Virus record (IMG/VR): IMGVR_UViG_3300032087_002150
Span: 64,001-128,000 of that record
Source: a virus
DNA length: 64,000 bases
Reading direction: 5' to 3' (one strand)
Below the pieces are notes generated by a model, which saw only the letters and a program-made list of their open reading frames with translations, did no database searches and was not told where the DNA came from. Positions within the stretch are counted from its first letter, which is position 1. Every line of letters starts with the position of its first letter. Below are positions 45,922 through 55,627 of the stretch, in pieces. The position numbers and the translations under genes are program-made.

Positions 45922-46695
45922 TTATGCTCCGTTCAGCAATGTACCAGCAGAGTCGTAAATTCCGATACCATTAAAACCATCAACTTGATCTGCGTTGAGG
46001 TTTGTTACTTTAGTTGTTGATGCAACAGTAAAAGGTGCTGTTCCTGTTGTGTTACTGAAGTTAACAGTTGCACCAGCAGCAGCAGTAAGTGTAGTTCCGT
46101 TATCGAACGTCAGCGTACCAGTAGTGTAGTTATCGGTAGCACCGCTGCTAAGGAACAATGGGGCATTTGAATCAATTTGACCTTGAACCTTTGCCGAATC
46201 GTACGACTCAACAGTAGCAAAGGAAAGTACACCAGATCCATTCGTAGTTATAAACTGATTAATTGCGCCATCAGAAACAGGATAAGTCAATCCGTTTAAT
46301 ACCGCACCACCAGATGCTGTTAAAGTATTAGTAAAAGTTTTAGCACCAGAAACAGATTGCGTACCAGTTAGTGTAACAGCAGCAGAATCAATCTGACCTA
46401 GAACTTTCGCGGAATCATATGATTCTACAGTTGCAAAAGAAAGTGTGCCTGAACCGTTTGTGGTTATAAACTGATTGATAGCACCATCAACAGTAGGATA
46501 GGTCAGACCATTTAAGACAGCACCGTTGGATGCAGTCAAAGTATTAGAGAACGTCTTAGCACCGCTAATCGTTTGACTAGTGCCGAGAGTTACATAATTG
46601 TTTGTAACATCTGAATTTAATGCCTGAAAGTTGGAGTCTAACTCTGTGAAGGTTAGTGCAGATCCTTTTACGTTTCTTAGAGTGAGTTCGGCCAT
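45922..46695 (-). CDS. Fibre-like virion protein with an internal tandem duplication of about 72 aa
   Basis: LR..KGS.LT..ELD.NF N-terminus; two copies of Q..SGAKTF...LNGLTYP..DGAINQFITTNGSG.LSFATVESYDSAKV.GQIDS; V.NLNAD.VDG. Confidence 0.75.
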   Translation of the reverse strand: MAELTLRNVKGSALTFTELDSNFQALNSDVTNNYVTLGTSQTISGAKTFSNTLTASNGAVLNGLTYPTVDGAINQFITTNGSGTLSFATVESYDSAKVLGQIDSAAVTLTGTQSVSGAKTFTNTLTASGGAVLNGLTYPVSDGAINQFITTNGSGVLSFATVESYDSAKVQGQIDSNAPLFLSSGATDNYTTGTLTFDNGTTLTAAAGATVNFSNTTGTAPFTVASTTKVTNLNADQVDGFNGIGIYDSAGTLLNGA

Positions 46696-46781
46696 ACCAT
46701 TATTTCCTCAGGCAAGTTGAGGGGGAGGATACTCCCCCTTGATCTTTATTCATCACGAATCAACAACTGATTCGTTTTAAA

Positions 46782-47162
46782 TCAGTTTGGCGCTTCGTAA
46801 GTCAGTGAAGAAATACTGATAGTATCGCCAGCACCGATAGAGGTAGATGACAAGATAATGTCGCCACCGCCACCAGTAGCAGTAACTGAACCAGTGAAGC
46901 AAGAATCACCAGCGCCAGAGAATACAGTAAACTTAGTTACAGTACCTGCTTTACAGTTAGTGTCGTCTGTGATTGCAGCAGCAGTAGCAATACCGTTAGC
47001 AGCAGCACCGAAAGCAGTTGCGCTAAAAGCAAGTGAAGCAACTACTGAGTCGTTCTGACCACCATTCTGGAACTTAATAGAACCAGCACCGCCAGCGTCA
47101 ATCAGGTCAACAACATAATCCGCAATACCGTTGCGAACATCAGTTGGGTGAGTAACAGCCAT
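46782..47162 (-). CDS. Small Ala/Gly/Thr-rich virion protein
   Basis: RN..AD....ID...AF.AA..G.A....IT.D...G.GGD..LSS..I..G..ISI; AAGGAG RBS. Confidence 0.65.
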   Translation of the reverse strand: MAVTHPTDVRNGIADYVVDLIDAGGAGSIKFQNGGQNDSVVASLAFSATAFGAAANGIATAAAITDDTNCKAGTVTKFTVFSGAGDSCFTGSVTATGGGGDIILSSTSIGAGDTISISSLTYEAPN

Positions 47163-47183
47163 TTTAATCTCCTTTAGGATTTA

Positions 47184-47348
47184 TTACTTTTGTTTTTCAT
47201 CCCGCTCTTTGCCGTCGGCGACAAGTTTAGCGAGTTGCTCTTTCGAGACTTTTGCGGTCACTTTCACCTCTTCACGAGTGCCATCCTTTCGGATAACTGT
47301 GGCGGTGCCCGTCAACTTTCCAAGACTTGATTTAGTCTTAATACCCAT
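47184..47348 (-). CDS. Small basic protein (54 aa; not in ORF track)
   Basis: MGIKTKSSLGKLTGTATVIRKDGTREEVKVTAKVSKEQLAKLVADGKERDEKQK; fills the intergenic gap. Confidence 0.55.
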   Translation of the reverse strand: MGIKTKSSLGKLTGTATVIRKDGTREEVKVTAKVSKEQLAKLVADGKERDEKQK

Positions 47349-47375
47349 TATTTATAATCCTCAATGATTTAAAAA

Positions 47376-47732
47376 TTATTTAGTTACGCTCTTAGAGACA
47401 ATTATTTTACCTTCTAAGATTCGTTCAACATACGGATTACCTGATGCTGAATCCGTATATTCAATCTCCACGTCATAAACATACCTCCTCCTGGTCAAGG
47501 AGTCGGTTTGTGTGTTAGTGAGGATTATATCAATAATCCCGTCACTAGCAGGGGAAATAACTCTAGCGTCAAATGAAACTGCTTCTGAGGAGTCTGCCCC
47601 ATAACTACGATTAATCTTTCCTCTAACAGTGGTATTCGCTAAATCCCTGTAAGATGCATCTGCGTCAAGAAGTCTCAAACGCCATCTAGCGTCTGCTCCT
47701 TGATCTACATATAAATCTTCATACAATGCCAT
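47376..47732 (-). CDS. Small virion/baseplate-associated protein
   Basis: L.VDQGA...G.I...LT.TQT..L...RYVYDVEI...RILEG.I.V..SVT, a pattern common in marine T4-like phages. Confidence 0.7.
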   Translation of the reverse strand: MALYEDLYVDQGADARWRLRLLDADASYRDLANTTVRGKINRSYGADSSEAVSFDARVISPASDGIIDIILTNTQTDSLTRRRYVYDVEIEYTDSASGNPYVERILEGKIIVSKSVTK

Positions 47733-47767
47733 CTGTTATATCCAAGTATCTTTTTTAACTATTCTAT

Positions 47768-50700
47768 TTATACTTCAATCTGACCAAGTGGTCGTCTGAT
47801 AGTAATTGTCGACAATGCAGGTTTATATATTCTAAATGCTTTAACCAGCGGAATCGCCTCAGTCAACTCTGTACGTTGGGCAACACCCTCTACTGAAGAT
47901 ACACCAACCTCATCAGCGGTTAGATCTGCTTCTATCGAGAATACAGTTCGTTTAGTTACAGCATTAACTACTGAAGGTTGAGCATCTAAACCTGCAACGC
48001 CATTACTATCTGGCACACCTGTTGCTACAACCACTATTCTCTCAGCAACACCAGATGCTGAAGATGATCCTGCTTCTACAGATAGTCCACCTTGGTCATC
48101 AACTTCTCGATCACCAACACCAGCAACTCCGGAGGCACCAACTTCAGCAGCAGTTAGAGCACCGTCTACTATGACAACTACTCTTTCAGCAACTCCAACT
48201 ACTGTTACATCTTGAACAACAGCAGCGCCAGAACCAACTACGGTTCTTTCAGATACACCAGCAACAGTCGAAGATTGAGCAGCAGGAGTTGCGTCAGTGT
48301 CAACAACGGCACGTTCTGCCACACCAGTAACATCAGATGCATCCGCTACCACCAAAGCAGCGTATTCTGTTACAACTTCACGTTCGCCGTTACCAGTTAC
48401 AGAAGAAACACCAACTTCAGCAGCAGTTAGATCGCCGTCTACTATTACGACAGTTCTTTCTGCTACGCCAGATACAGTTGCTTCTTGCGCCTTTGGCGTT
48501 CCTGACGAATTGGCAACAATTTCTGGTACAACTTCTACCTGTGAATCGCTAGGTTGTAGTGAACCAGTTGCTGTTATAACACGTTCCGCTACACCAGCGA
48601 CAACGTTGTTAACAGTAGGTCTTAGGGCATGCGTAGCAAGGTTATCATCAATCTCACGTTCAGCAACGCCTGCGACTCCCGAAGCACCAACTTCCGAAGC
48701 ACTTAGATCGCCATCTACAATAACAATAGTTCTCTCTGATACGCCAGAAACGGTAGAGGATTGAGCAGAAGAAGTTGCATCAATATCGTTTATAGTTCTA
48801 ATACCAGATCCATTAACTGCTGCATCTTGTGTAGTTAAGGAAACTGCTGATCTAATCTCACGCTCTGCTACACCAGCAACAACGTTGTTGAGCGTAGGTC
48901 TTAGAGCATGGGTAACGCCATCGTCTTCAATCTCGCGTTCTGCTACACCAGCGACACCGGAAGCACCAACTTCAGCAGCAGTTAGATCTGTTTCAACAGA
49001 TACGACAGTTCTTTCTGCTACGCCAGATACAACAGCATCCTGCGCCTGTATAGCACCTGTTGAGTTAGAAGTTATTTCTGTAACAGCAGTTACAACTGGC
49101 GCATCGGTGGTAAGAGTAACTGCTGACCTAATCTCACGCTCGGCAACACCAGAAACATCGGAAGGATCGTCAACTATTAGCGCAGATTGCTCGGTGATTA
49201 TTTCGCGCTCACCATTACCAGCAACTACTGAAACACCGATTTCATCAGCGGTTAGATCTGCTTCAACAGATATAACAGTACGTTCGGATGTACCTACAAC
49301 AACAGAAGATTGAGCAGCAGGAGTAGCATCAACATCATTGATTGTACGTTCTGCTGTTCCTGCTACAGAAGAAGAATCAACAGCGAGTGCTTGTACAACG
49401 TTGTTAGTTTCAATCTCGCGTTCTGCTACACCAGCAACACCAGAAGATCCTATCTCTGAAGCAGTTAATGCTCCGTCAACGACAGTGATTTCTCTTTCTG
49501 CTGTGCCAACAACAGTTACATTTTGAGCAGATAAGGTCGCGCCTGATCGTATTTCTCTTTCCGCGACTCCCGATACTATTGCGTCCTGAGATGCTACTTG
49601 CGGTGGTATCGGATCTCTTACAGTTCTTTCAGATACACCACCAACCGTCGAAGACTGGGCAGTAAGAGCGGTGTCAACATCAACTATAGTCCTTTCCGCA
49701 ACACCAGTTTCAATACTAGAAGATTGAGCAGCAAGCGCAGTGCTGACGTCTACAATGATGCGCTCAGCGGCACCAACAACAGCAGAAGGATCATCTATCG
49801 CAAGCGCACTTACCTGAGTAACAACGTTTCGTTCAGCGTTACCTGTGGTTGCCGCTACTCCAACTTCAGCAGCAGTTAAATCAGTGTCAACTCCAACTAT
49901 GGTGCGCTCAGCGACTCCAGTTTCTATAGTTGAAGAATCAGCAGCAAGAACAGTATCTACATCAACAATGCTGCGCTCAGCAAAACCACCTGTACCACTA
50001 CCACTCGTTTGTAGAGAAGAACTTAAGACTGATGGTCCTTTAGTTGCGGTGATATTTGTAATGTTATTTTCTGTTGGTTTTAGTGCTATTGCTCCAGCAA
50101 CTATAGTACGCTCAGCAACGCCAGCAACTACATTGTTTTCTGATGGTTGTAAGGCAGCGGAAGTTACTCGTCCAATATTTGCTGTTACTGTAACTTGAGA
50201 AGGAGTATCTACTTCTGCTGCTGAGACAACAGTTACAATAGAACGTTCGCCATCACCAGCAACATCAGTAATAACTGATTCGTCATCGTGTAAAGAACCA
50301 GATCCAGTGATTTCACGTTCAGATACACCAGCAACAACAGAAGATTGAGCAGTAGGAGTTCCCGATCCAACTATGGTTCTTTCCGATACACCAGAAACAG
50401 TAACATCTTGAGAAGCAGGTGTGGCATCTACATCTGCGATGATACGCTCTGCGACACCAGAGGCACTAGATGGATCTGCGTTTACATCACCATCAACTTG
50501 CCCATGTACTTCAAGTTCAATAACACGCTCGGCAACACCAAAGACTAAGTTATTTGAAGTTGGTTGCGGAGCACCAGAACCTGTAATAACCCTCTCGGCG
50601 GCACTAGCAACGGTGCTACTTTGTGCTTGTATCGCAGCACTCTCAGATACAATAGTTCTTTCTGCTACGCCAGATACAGTAACGTCTTGAGCAGATATCG

Positions 50701-51457
50701 TAGGTGATGTTACAAACCCTTGATTACCTGATCCAGAAACAGAAGATGATTCCGCTGTTACTGTAATGCCACCTTGATCATCGATGATTCTTTCAGCAAC
50801 GCCAGCAACTACATTGTTAGCAGTAGGTTGTAACGTGCCTTGAGCAGTACGAGAAGCACGTGCTTCTCCAGATACATTATTATTAGTGATAGGTTGAAGT
50901 GCCGCTGATCCAACTTGTGTTATTTCGCGTTCGGCGGCACCATCTACTGCTACATTTTGAGCAGATACAGCACCTGATGCATTTCTAGTTGCTGTAGCGG
51001 AACCAGAAACAGTAGAATTTTGTGCTTGCGGGGAACCACTACCATTACTTGTGATTACAGTGGTTCCAGAAACAGAAGATTCTTGAGCAGCAGGAGTAGC
51101 ATCAGTATCTACTACACTACGTTCGGCAATACCTGCGACGTCTGATGCGTCAGATACAACGAGGGCAGCGACCTCAGAGACAACTTCACGTTCACCATTA
51201 CCAGTTACGGAAGAAACACCAATCTCATCAGCAGTTAAATCTGCTTCGATTGTTGTTACAGTTCTCTTGGTAGTACCTGAGACGGAAGAATCTTGTGATT
51301 GGGCAGCGCCAGATCCAGTAATCTTGCGCTCGGCAACTCCAGAGACTGTTGCGTCTTGCGCTGTTAGTTCAACGACGAGTCTATGCTCGCCGCCAACATA
51401 TCCAGAATCATGATACGTATCGTCTACGTATGGGATAAACTGTGCTGATGATGCCAA
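47768..51457 (-). CDS. Giant acidic repeat protein (about 45 units of 24-30 aa, G-V-A-E-R core), probable virion fibre or filament
   Basis: Repeated S.V.G(V/T/N)(A/S/G)ER.(I/V) units over about 1150 aa; late promoter CTAAATA at 51496-51502. Confidence 0.75.
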   Translation of the reverse strand: MASSAQFIPYVDDTYHDSGYVGGEHRLVVELTAQDATVSGVAERKITGSGAAQSQDSSVSGTTKRTVTTIEADLTADEIGVSSVTGNGEREVVSEVAALVVSDASDVAGIAERSVVDTDATPAAQESSVSGTTVITSNGSGSPQAQNSTVSGSATATRNASGAVSAQNVAVDGAAEREITQVGSAALQPITNNNVSGEARASRTAQGTLQPTANNVVAGVAERIIDDQGGITVTAESSSVSGSGNQGFVTSPTISAQDVTVSGVAERTIVSESAAIQAQSSTVASAAERVITGSGAPQPTSNNLVFGVAERVIELEVHGQVDGDVNADPSSASGVAERIIADVDATPASQDVTVSGVSERTIVGSGTPTAQSSVVAGVSEREITGSGSLHDDESVITDVAGDGERSIVTVVSAAEVDTPSQVTVTANIGRVTSAALQPSENNVVAGVAERTIVAGAIALKPTENNITNITATKGPSVLSSSLQTSGSGTGGFAERSIVDVDTVLAADSSTIETGVAERTIVGVDTDLTAAEVGVAATTGNAERNVVTQVSALAIDDPSAVVGAAERIIVDVSTALAAQSSSIETGVAERTIVDVDTALTAQSSTVGGVSERTVRDPIPPQVASQDAIVSGVAEREIRSGATLSAQNVTVVGTAEREITVVDGALTASEIGSSGVAGVAEREIETNNVVQALAVDSSSVAGTAERTINDVDATPAAQSSVVVGTSERTVISVEADLTADEIGVSVVAGNGEREIITEQSALIVDDPSDVSGVAEREIRSAVTLTTDAPVVTAVTEITSNSTGAIQAQDAVVSGVAERTVVSVETDLTAAEVGASGVAGVAEREIEDDGVTHALRPTLNNVVAGVAEREIRSAVSLTTQDAAVNGSGIRTINDIDATSSAQSSTVSGVSERTIVIVDGDLSASEVGASGVAGVAEREIDDNLATHALRPTVNNVVAGVAERVITATGSLQPSDSQVEVVPEIVANSSGTPKAQEATVSGVAERTVVIVDGDLTAAEVGVSSVTGNGEREVVTEYAALVVADASDVTGVAERAVVDTDATPAAQSSTVAGVSERTVVGSGAAVVQDVTVVGVAERVVVIVDGALTAAEVGASGVAGVGDREVDDQGGLSVEAGSSSASGVAERIVVVATGVPDSNGVAGLDAQPSVVNAVTKRTVFSIEADLTADEVGVSSVEGVAQRTELTEAIPLVKAFRIYKPALSTITIRRPLGQIEV

Positions 51458-51498
51458 GGTGTTACCTTTTTATAGTTATAAATCAGTACAACTACTAT

Positions 51499-52182
51499 TT
51501 AGGCAGTTTCTATTTCCTCAATCACGTTTTCGGCCATTGCTTTTCCTCGTTCATCACCATTAAAGACGAATGCTATAGTAGTTCTGAGGCAATTGGTCTT
51601 AGCAGCATGATATAAAAGTCTATCAGGTTCTTCATATGTTCCATAATATCCATACTTACACTGCCAACCCTTCACGTCAGGGATTACTACATGTTCTTTG
51701 GTTTTGGGATCAATATGTTCCCATTGCCCGTCACCGCTTTCAGACCAAGTAAAGATAATATTAAATCCTGGTGCGTTGGCGTTGTTATGCCAACCAATAT
51801 AACCTTTTGGGGGGTAAACCATAGAAAGTGCTTTACGGTGAGCACCAAGATAAATGCAAACATCATCAACAAGTTGTTCACCCTTTCCCGCGAGTTCTAC
51901 TTGTTTGTCGATATCGGCGTATCGAAAGTGTTCCGCTCTCAGTTCAAATCCCATCGATGATTCTGGGTATCCAAAATGTTCTCTACCTTTGTAGATTATT
52001 TGTTTGCGGTAATCGTCTCCAGTGTACCAGTCAGCATCATCATCTTTGTTGTAGTTGCTGACTTTTGCAATGTCAATCGTTTGTACTAAATCAGAATATT
52101 CGTTTAACAGATCTAAGAATTCTTCATTGCGAATAATCGCAGTGTTCATCGGTTCAGCATAAAAATCCATAATATTAATCAA
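51499..52182 (-). CDS. 2OG-Fe(II) oxygenase-like / cupin protein
   Basis: YPP.GYIGWHNN...YHAA.T.C.R.TIAF; HxN in place of HxD. Confidence 0.55.
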   Translation of the reverse strand: MINIMDFYAEPMNTAIIRNEEFLDLLNEYSDLVQTIDIAKVSNYNKDDDADWYTGDDYRKQIIYKGREHFGYPESSMGFELRAEHFRYADIDKQVELAGKGEQLVDDVCIYLGAHRKALSMVYPPKGYIGWHNNANAPGFNIIFTWSESGDGQWEHIDPKTKEHVVIPDVKGWQCKYGYYGTYEEPDRLLYHAAKTNCLRTTIAFVFNGDERGKAMAENVIEEIETA

Positions 52183-54310
52183 CTCTCACATATAGCGTAT
52201 AAGTTTCAATCGTCTCCGGAGTATTAGTTAGTGTCGCACCAGTGTATTGCCCAGTGTATTGAGCAGTATAGTTTCCAGTGAAGTTCGCAGTATAAGTTCT
52301 TGATCCAGCAAATCCTCGTATGCCCAAAAATGTTCCTGGTGTGAGGTAGTTAGAGCTTGCATAGTTTCTAGATCCACCAAAGGATCTGGTACCACCAAAT
52401 GTTCGAATACCTGTGAAGTTAGCATTCGCAAAACCAGCAAAGGTGCCAGGGACTGGACTGGTGAAAGTACCAGATCTCGCACCAGAATAGTTTGCGGGAG
52501 TTACACCTAGGAAAGCAGCATTTGATGCAAAGTTTCCTGCCCTCACTCCAGAATAGTTTGCTGGTGTTACTCCGAGGAAGTTATTATTGCTCGCAAAACT
52601 TCCTGGTCTCACACCAGTATAGTTCGCTGGAGTGGTTCCCAAGAAGTTAAAGTTCGCGGCGAAGTATGCGTTTCTTGTGCCGAGATAAGATGATGTTCTA
52701 CTGCCAAGATAGTTTCTTACCCCAAGATACCCACGAGGACCGACATAGTTTCTGGTGCCAGCAAACTGCCAAGTTCTCGATCCAGCGAATAATCGCCAAC
52801 CGTTAAAGTTCTTCGGTCCTTGGAACCAGCGCAATCCAGTAAAGGGGAGTGGTTCAAAAGGTTGGAAACGAGTGAATACCCTTGCCCCTTGATAACCGCC
52901 AACACCCAAGAACGACTGATAAACGCCAAAGTTTGCTGGCATTGGACCATTGAAGTTTGCAGATCCACCAAATGTTTGTTGCGCTCCTTCGAAGTAAACG
53001 GATCTCGCAAAGTTTGCAGGGGTGGTGACAGAGAAATAAGCACTTCTTGGACCCAAGAAACTTCTTGGTCCAACATAATATGTTGGCGTAACACCTCCAA
53101 ATGCAGCAGATCTCGTACCAGCAAAACTTCTGGGTCCAACGTAATATGTTGGAGTTGTTCCTAGGAAGTTTGCTGCTCTTGTACCAGCAAAACTTCTTGG
53201 TCCAGTATAGTTTGCTGGGGTGGTGCCAAGGAAGTTAAATGCACGGTTTCCTACATAAGAACCTGTTCTTACACCAGCATAGTTTGCTGGTCTCGTTCCC
53301 GCAAAAACTGCTGGAGAAGTAAAATTGGCAGGACTTGTATAGTTACCAGCATAGTTTCTCGAACCACCAAATGCTCGCACTCCAGTAAAATTGGCAGGAG
53401 AAGTATAAGTGGCAGCGTAGTTCCTAGTACCAGAATATTGAACATTAGAATATCCAGTGTACTGACCTGCGTATTGTTGGTCCGCAGTAGTATAACGAGT
53501 GTCTACAGCTGTACCACGTGCTTCCCAAGTTCCTGTTCTCGTAGGTGCGCCCTGTGCCGATGAGCGTAGTTCGTATGTACCGACTTCTCCATGCCTAAAA
53601 TATTTTCCTGCTATCTGTCCAAAGGTAAGCGACATCTCTGAATCAGTCATCGCTTCTAAACCACCATCATATGACGCTAGAGGATAGGAACCATACTGTG
53701 TTCGTTTGACGTGCATCGCATTACATTTAGCAGGAGCAGTAATAGTCTGTCTCTGCCAAATACTATACTGAGTTACATTGCCATCTGTAGTTGTATCAGT
53801 AAAAACATTAGAAAGAGTGGCAGACCAGTCTCCGCTCGGAGCAGAGGCAGCAAGTCTTTGCGATCCAGGATATTCATTTGACTGTATAATTGACATGAGC
53901 GATTGCCCGATGCCATCCATAGCATCAGAATCCATATCAAATATGTTACCGTCCGACTCATAAACAGGACGACGAAACAATCCCGTACTCTGGTCGTCCA
54001 GTTTTACTGCTCCGGAAGCACTATCACCCTTTAATTGATAGAGAGTAGTTGTGGTCGATCCAATAGAAAGTGAAGATCCTGGGTGTGTTCCTACTGCTTC
54101 GTTATAGAAAGTGTCAGTGTATGAACCAATGGCAGAATCTCTATGCGCGATTGTAATAGATGATTTAATAGCAGTGGGACCAAGAGTCCCTCTTTCAGCA
54201 AAGCGCAATCCCGCCTGATACGCGAGATAGTTCTCATTGGTAGAAGTCGCCCTTTGCAAATTGCCAGACGCATCTTTTTGAATAATTGGTAATTTGTAAG
54301 GTTTCGCCAT
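52175..54310 (-). CDS. Virion fibre-like protein with [FY]xGxR repeats (paralog A)
   Basis: Globular N-terminal domain of about 275 aa, about 410 aa of aromatic/Gly/Arg repeats, C-terminal ETYTLYVRV; late promoter at 54343-54350. Confidence 0.7.
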   Translation of the reverse strand: MAKPYKLPIIQKDASGNLQRATSTNENYLAYQAGLRFAERGTLGPTAIKSSITIAHRDSAIGSYTDTFYNEAVGTHPGSSLSIGSTTTTLYQLKGDSASGAVKLDDQSTGLFRRPVYESDGNIFDMDSDAMDGIGQSLMSIIQSNEYPGSQRLAASAPSGDWSATLSNVFTDTTTDGNVTQYSIWQRQTITAPAKCNAMHVKRTQYGSYPLASYDGGLEAMTDSEMSLTFGQIAGKYFRHGEVGTYELRSSAQGAPTRTGTWEARGTAVDTRYTTADQQYAGQYTGYSNVQYSGTRNYAATYTSPANFTGVRAFGGSRNYAGNYTSPANFTSPAVFAGTRPANYAGVRTGSYVGNRAFNFLGTTPANYTGPRSFAGTRAANFLGTTPTYYVGPRSFAGTRSAAFGGVTPTYYVGPRSFLGPRSAYFSVTTPANFARSVYFEGAQQTFGGSANFNGPMPANFGVYQSFLGVGGYQGARVFTRFQPFEPLPFTGLRWFQGPKNFNGWRLFAGSRTWQFAGTRNYVGPRGYLGVRNYLGSRTSSYLGTRNAYFAANFNFLGTTPANYTGVRPGSFASNNNFLGVTPANYSGVRAGNFASNAAFLGVTPANYSGARSGTFTSPVPGTFAGFANANFTGIRTFGGTRSFGGSRNYASSNYLTPGTFLGIRGFAGSRTYTANFTGNYTAQYTGQYTGATLTNTPETIETYTLYVRVD

Positions 54311-54364
54311 GACTATCTGCTATGCCGATGAATTTATTAATCTATTTATACGTTTAGCAACTGC

Positions 54365-55147
54365 TTATGGTTTGCCTTCAAAATGATCCCCAACCTGAAT
54401 CGCTGTTATTTCAGATAGATTTCTAGTAGCAGTATATGATTTATGATATAAAACTGTATTTTCTGGCATAGGCACTTCCCTATGCAACAAAGACCAATAG
54501 TTCCAACGATAGTTGTCTTCAAAAACACCAATCTTCAAGTCTTTATACTTCTCAACTTTTTCTGTTAACCACCAAAGAGTAAACTGATCCCAATGCCTTA
54601 AATGGTATGGGTAAGTTTCTTTATCATAGTTCCCCTCTTCATCGGTCGGCCACCAATGACCTGCTCTTTGCTGCACATAAATGTCATACCATTCTTGCAT
54701 AAATTCCATGACTAGAGGGTTGCTGCTATCATACAAACAAACGCCACCGCAAAGAGTAAACTTACCGCCAGGAAAATCTATGTCTCTAAAGATATGATAA
54801 CACTCTTCTCTTAAGTCAGTGAATACCATATCATTATCGCCGAGTTCATCAAACACCAAGGCGATGTCTTCATGCAAACATTCCATATCTGCGTCAATAT
54901 AGAAAGTTTTATCGAATGGACTTTGAGCCATGCCCCAAAGTTTCGCTCTGTAGTTGTCGTCGCAGAAAATTATATGATCAGCAATCTTTTCCCGACCATC
55001 ACAAAACCGTTCTTCGGTTACAAAGCAGACTTTTGCCTCGGGGTGATAGTCCTTTATCTGCTCTATAAGATTTAATGCCCAAGCATAGTAGACATCTTCT
55101 TTAGAGGCAACAATCAAGTATCCGTTATTTTGACTCTGCTGCTTCAT
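54365..55147 (-). CDS. GT-A nucleotide-diphospho-sugar transferase (GT8-like)
   Basis: GYLIVAS, RAKLW...SPFDKTFYIDAD (DxD), WDQFTLW, RWN, YH. Confidence 0.75.
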   Translation of the reverse strand: MKQQSQNNGYLIVASKEDVYYAWALNLIEQIKDYHPEAKVCFVTEERFCDGREKIADHIIFCDDNYRAKLWGMAQSPFDKTFYIDADMECLHEDIALVFDELGDNDMVFTDLREECYHIFRDIDFPGGKFTLCGGVCLYDSSNPLVMEFMQEWYDIYVQQRAGHWWPTDEEGNYDKETYPYHLRHWDQFTLWWLTEKVEKYKDLKIGVFEDNYRWNYWSLLHREVPMPENTVLYHKSYTATRNLSEITAIQVGDHFEGKP

Positions 55148-55604
55148 TAGTTACAAATCCAATACCAAGTTCTTCCATCATGATTAGTTGAGCGTACAAG
55201 TTGAGTTCTACAAGATTCTTAGAACGTCGCAGTTTGCTCTTTAAAGTTTTATTGGAAGTGTTTTTGATTTGATCGATTTCTAGGATTTTGATCTTGGCGT
55301 CAAACAGTTTTTCTAACTCTCTCGCCTGCTCTTCTGCCTTCTTCCTTTGCTCGTCGATTTCCTTTTCTTTGGATTTGCGTTCTTGACGTTCTTTGGTGTT
55401 CTCGTCAATTTTTTCCTCACCAATCTGTTCTAACAATTCGGTGAAGTCGGGATTTAAATCCCCATTAATGTCAAACTTCCGGACAGTAACGACTTGAGAG
55501 ATTTCTCTGTTATTTTCGTCAGTAATTAAAAGAATGGCTTCTGCCATTTCTTTTTCTTCATTGTGCCAAAAGGCATTGTCCATCCACTTTCTGGTCGCCA
55601 TCAT
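55125..55604 (-). CDS. Hypothetical protein with charged coiled coil (possible fibre chaperone)
   Basis: LF.AK....EID.IKN..N..LKSKLRRSK; sits between the fibre paralog and the glycosyltransferase. Confidence 0.65.
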   Translation of the reverse strand: MMATRKWMDNAFWHNEEKEMAEAILLITDENNREISQVVTVRKFDINGDLNPDFTELLEQIGEEKIDENTKERQERKSKEKEIDEQRKKAEEQARELEKLFDAKIKILEIDQIKNTSNKTLKSKLRRSKNLVELNLYAQLIMMEELGIGFVTNEAAESK

Positions 55605-55627
55605 AAACTCCTATGATATAAAATAAT

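Noticed and set aside
46720-46739. Hairpin AGGGGGAG-GATA-CTCCCCCT as a minus-strand terminator
   Set aside because: The stem is strong but there is no U-tract on the coding strand. It may be a stabiliser or processing site, so it was not called as a terminator.
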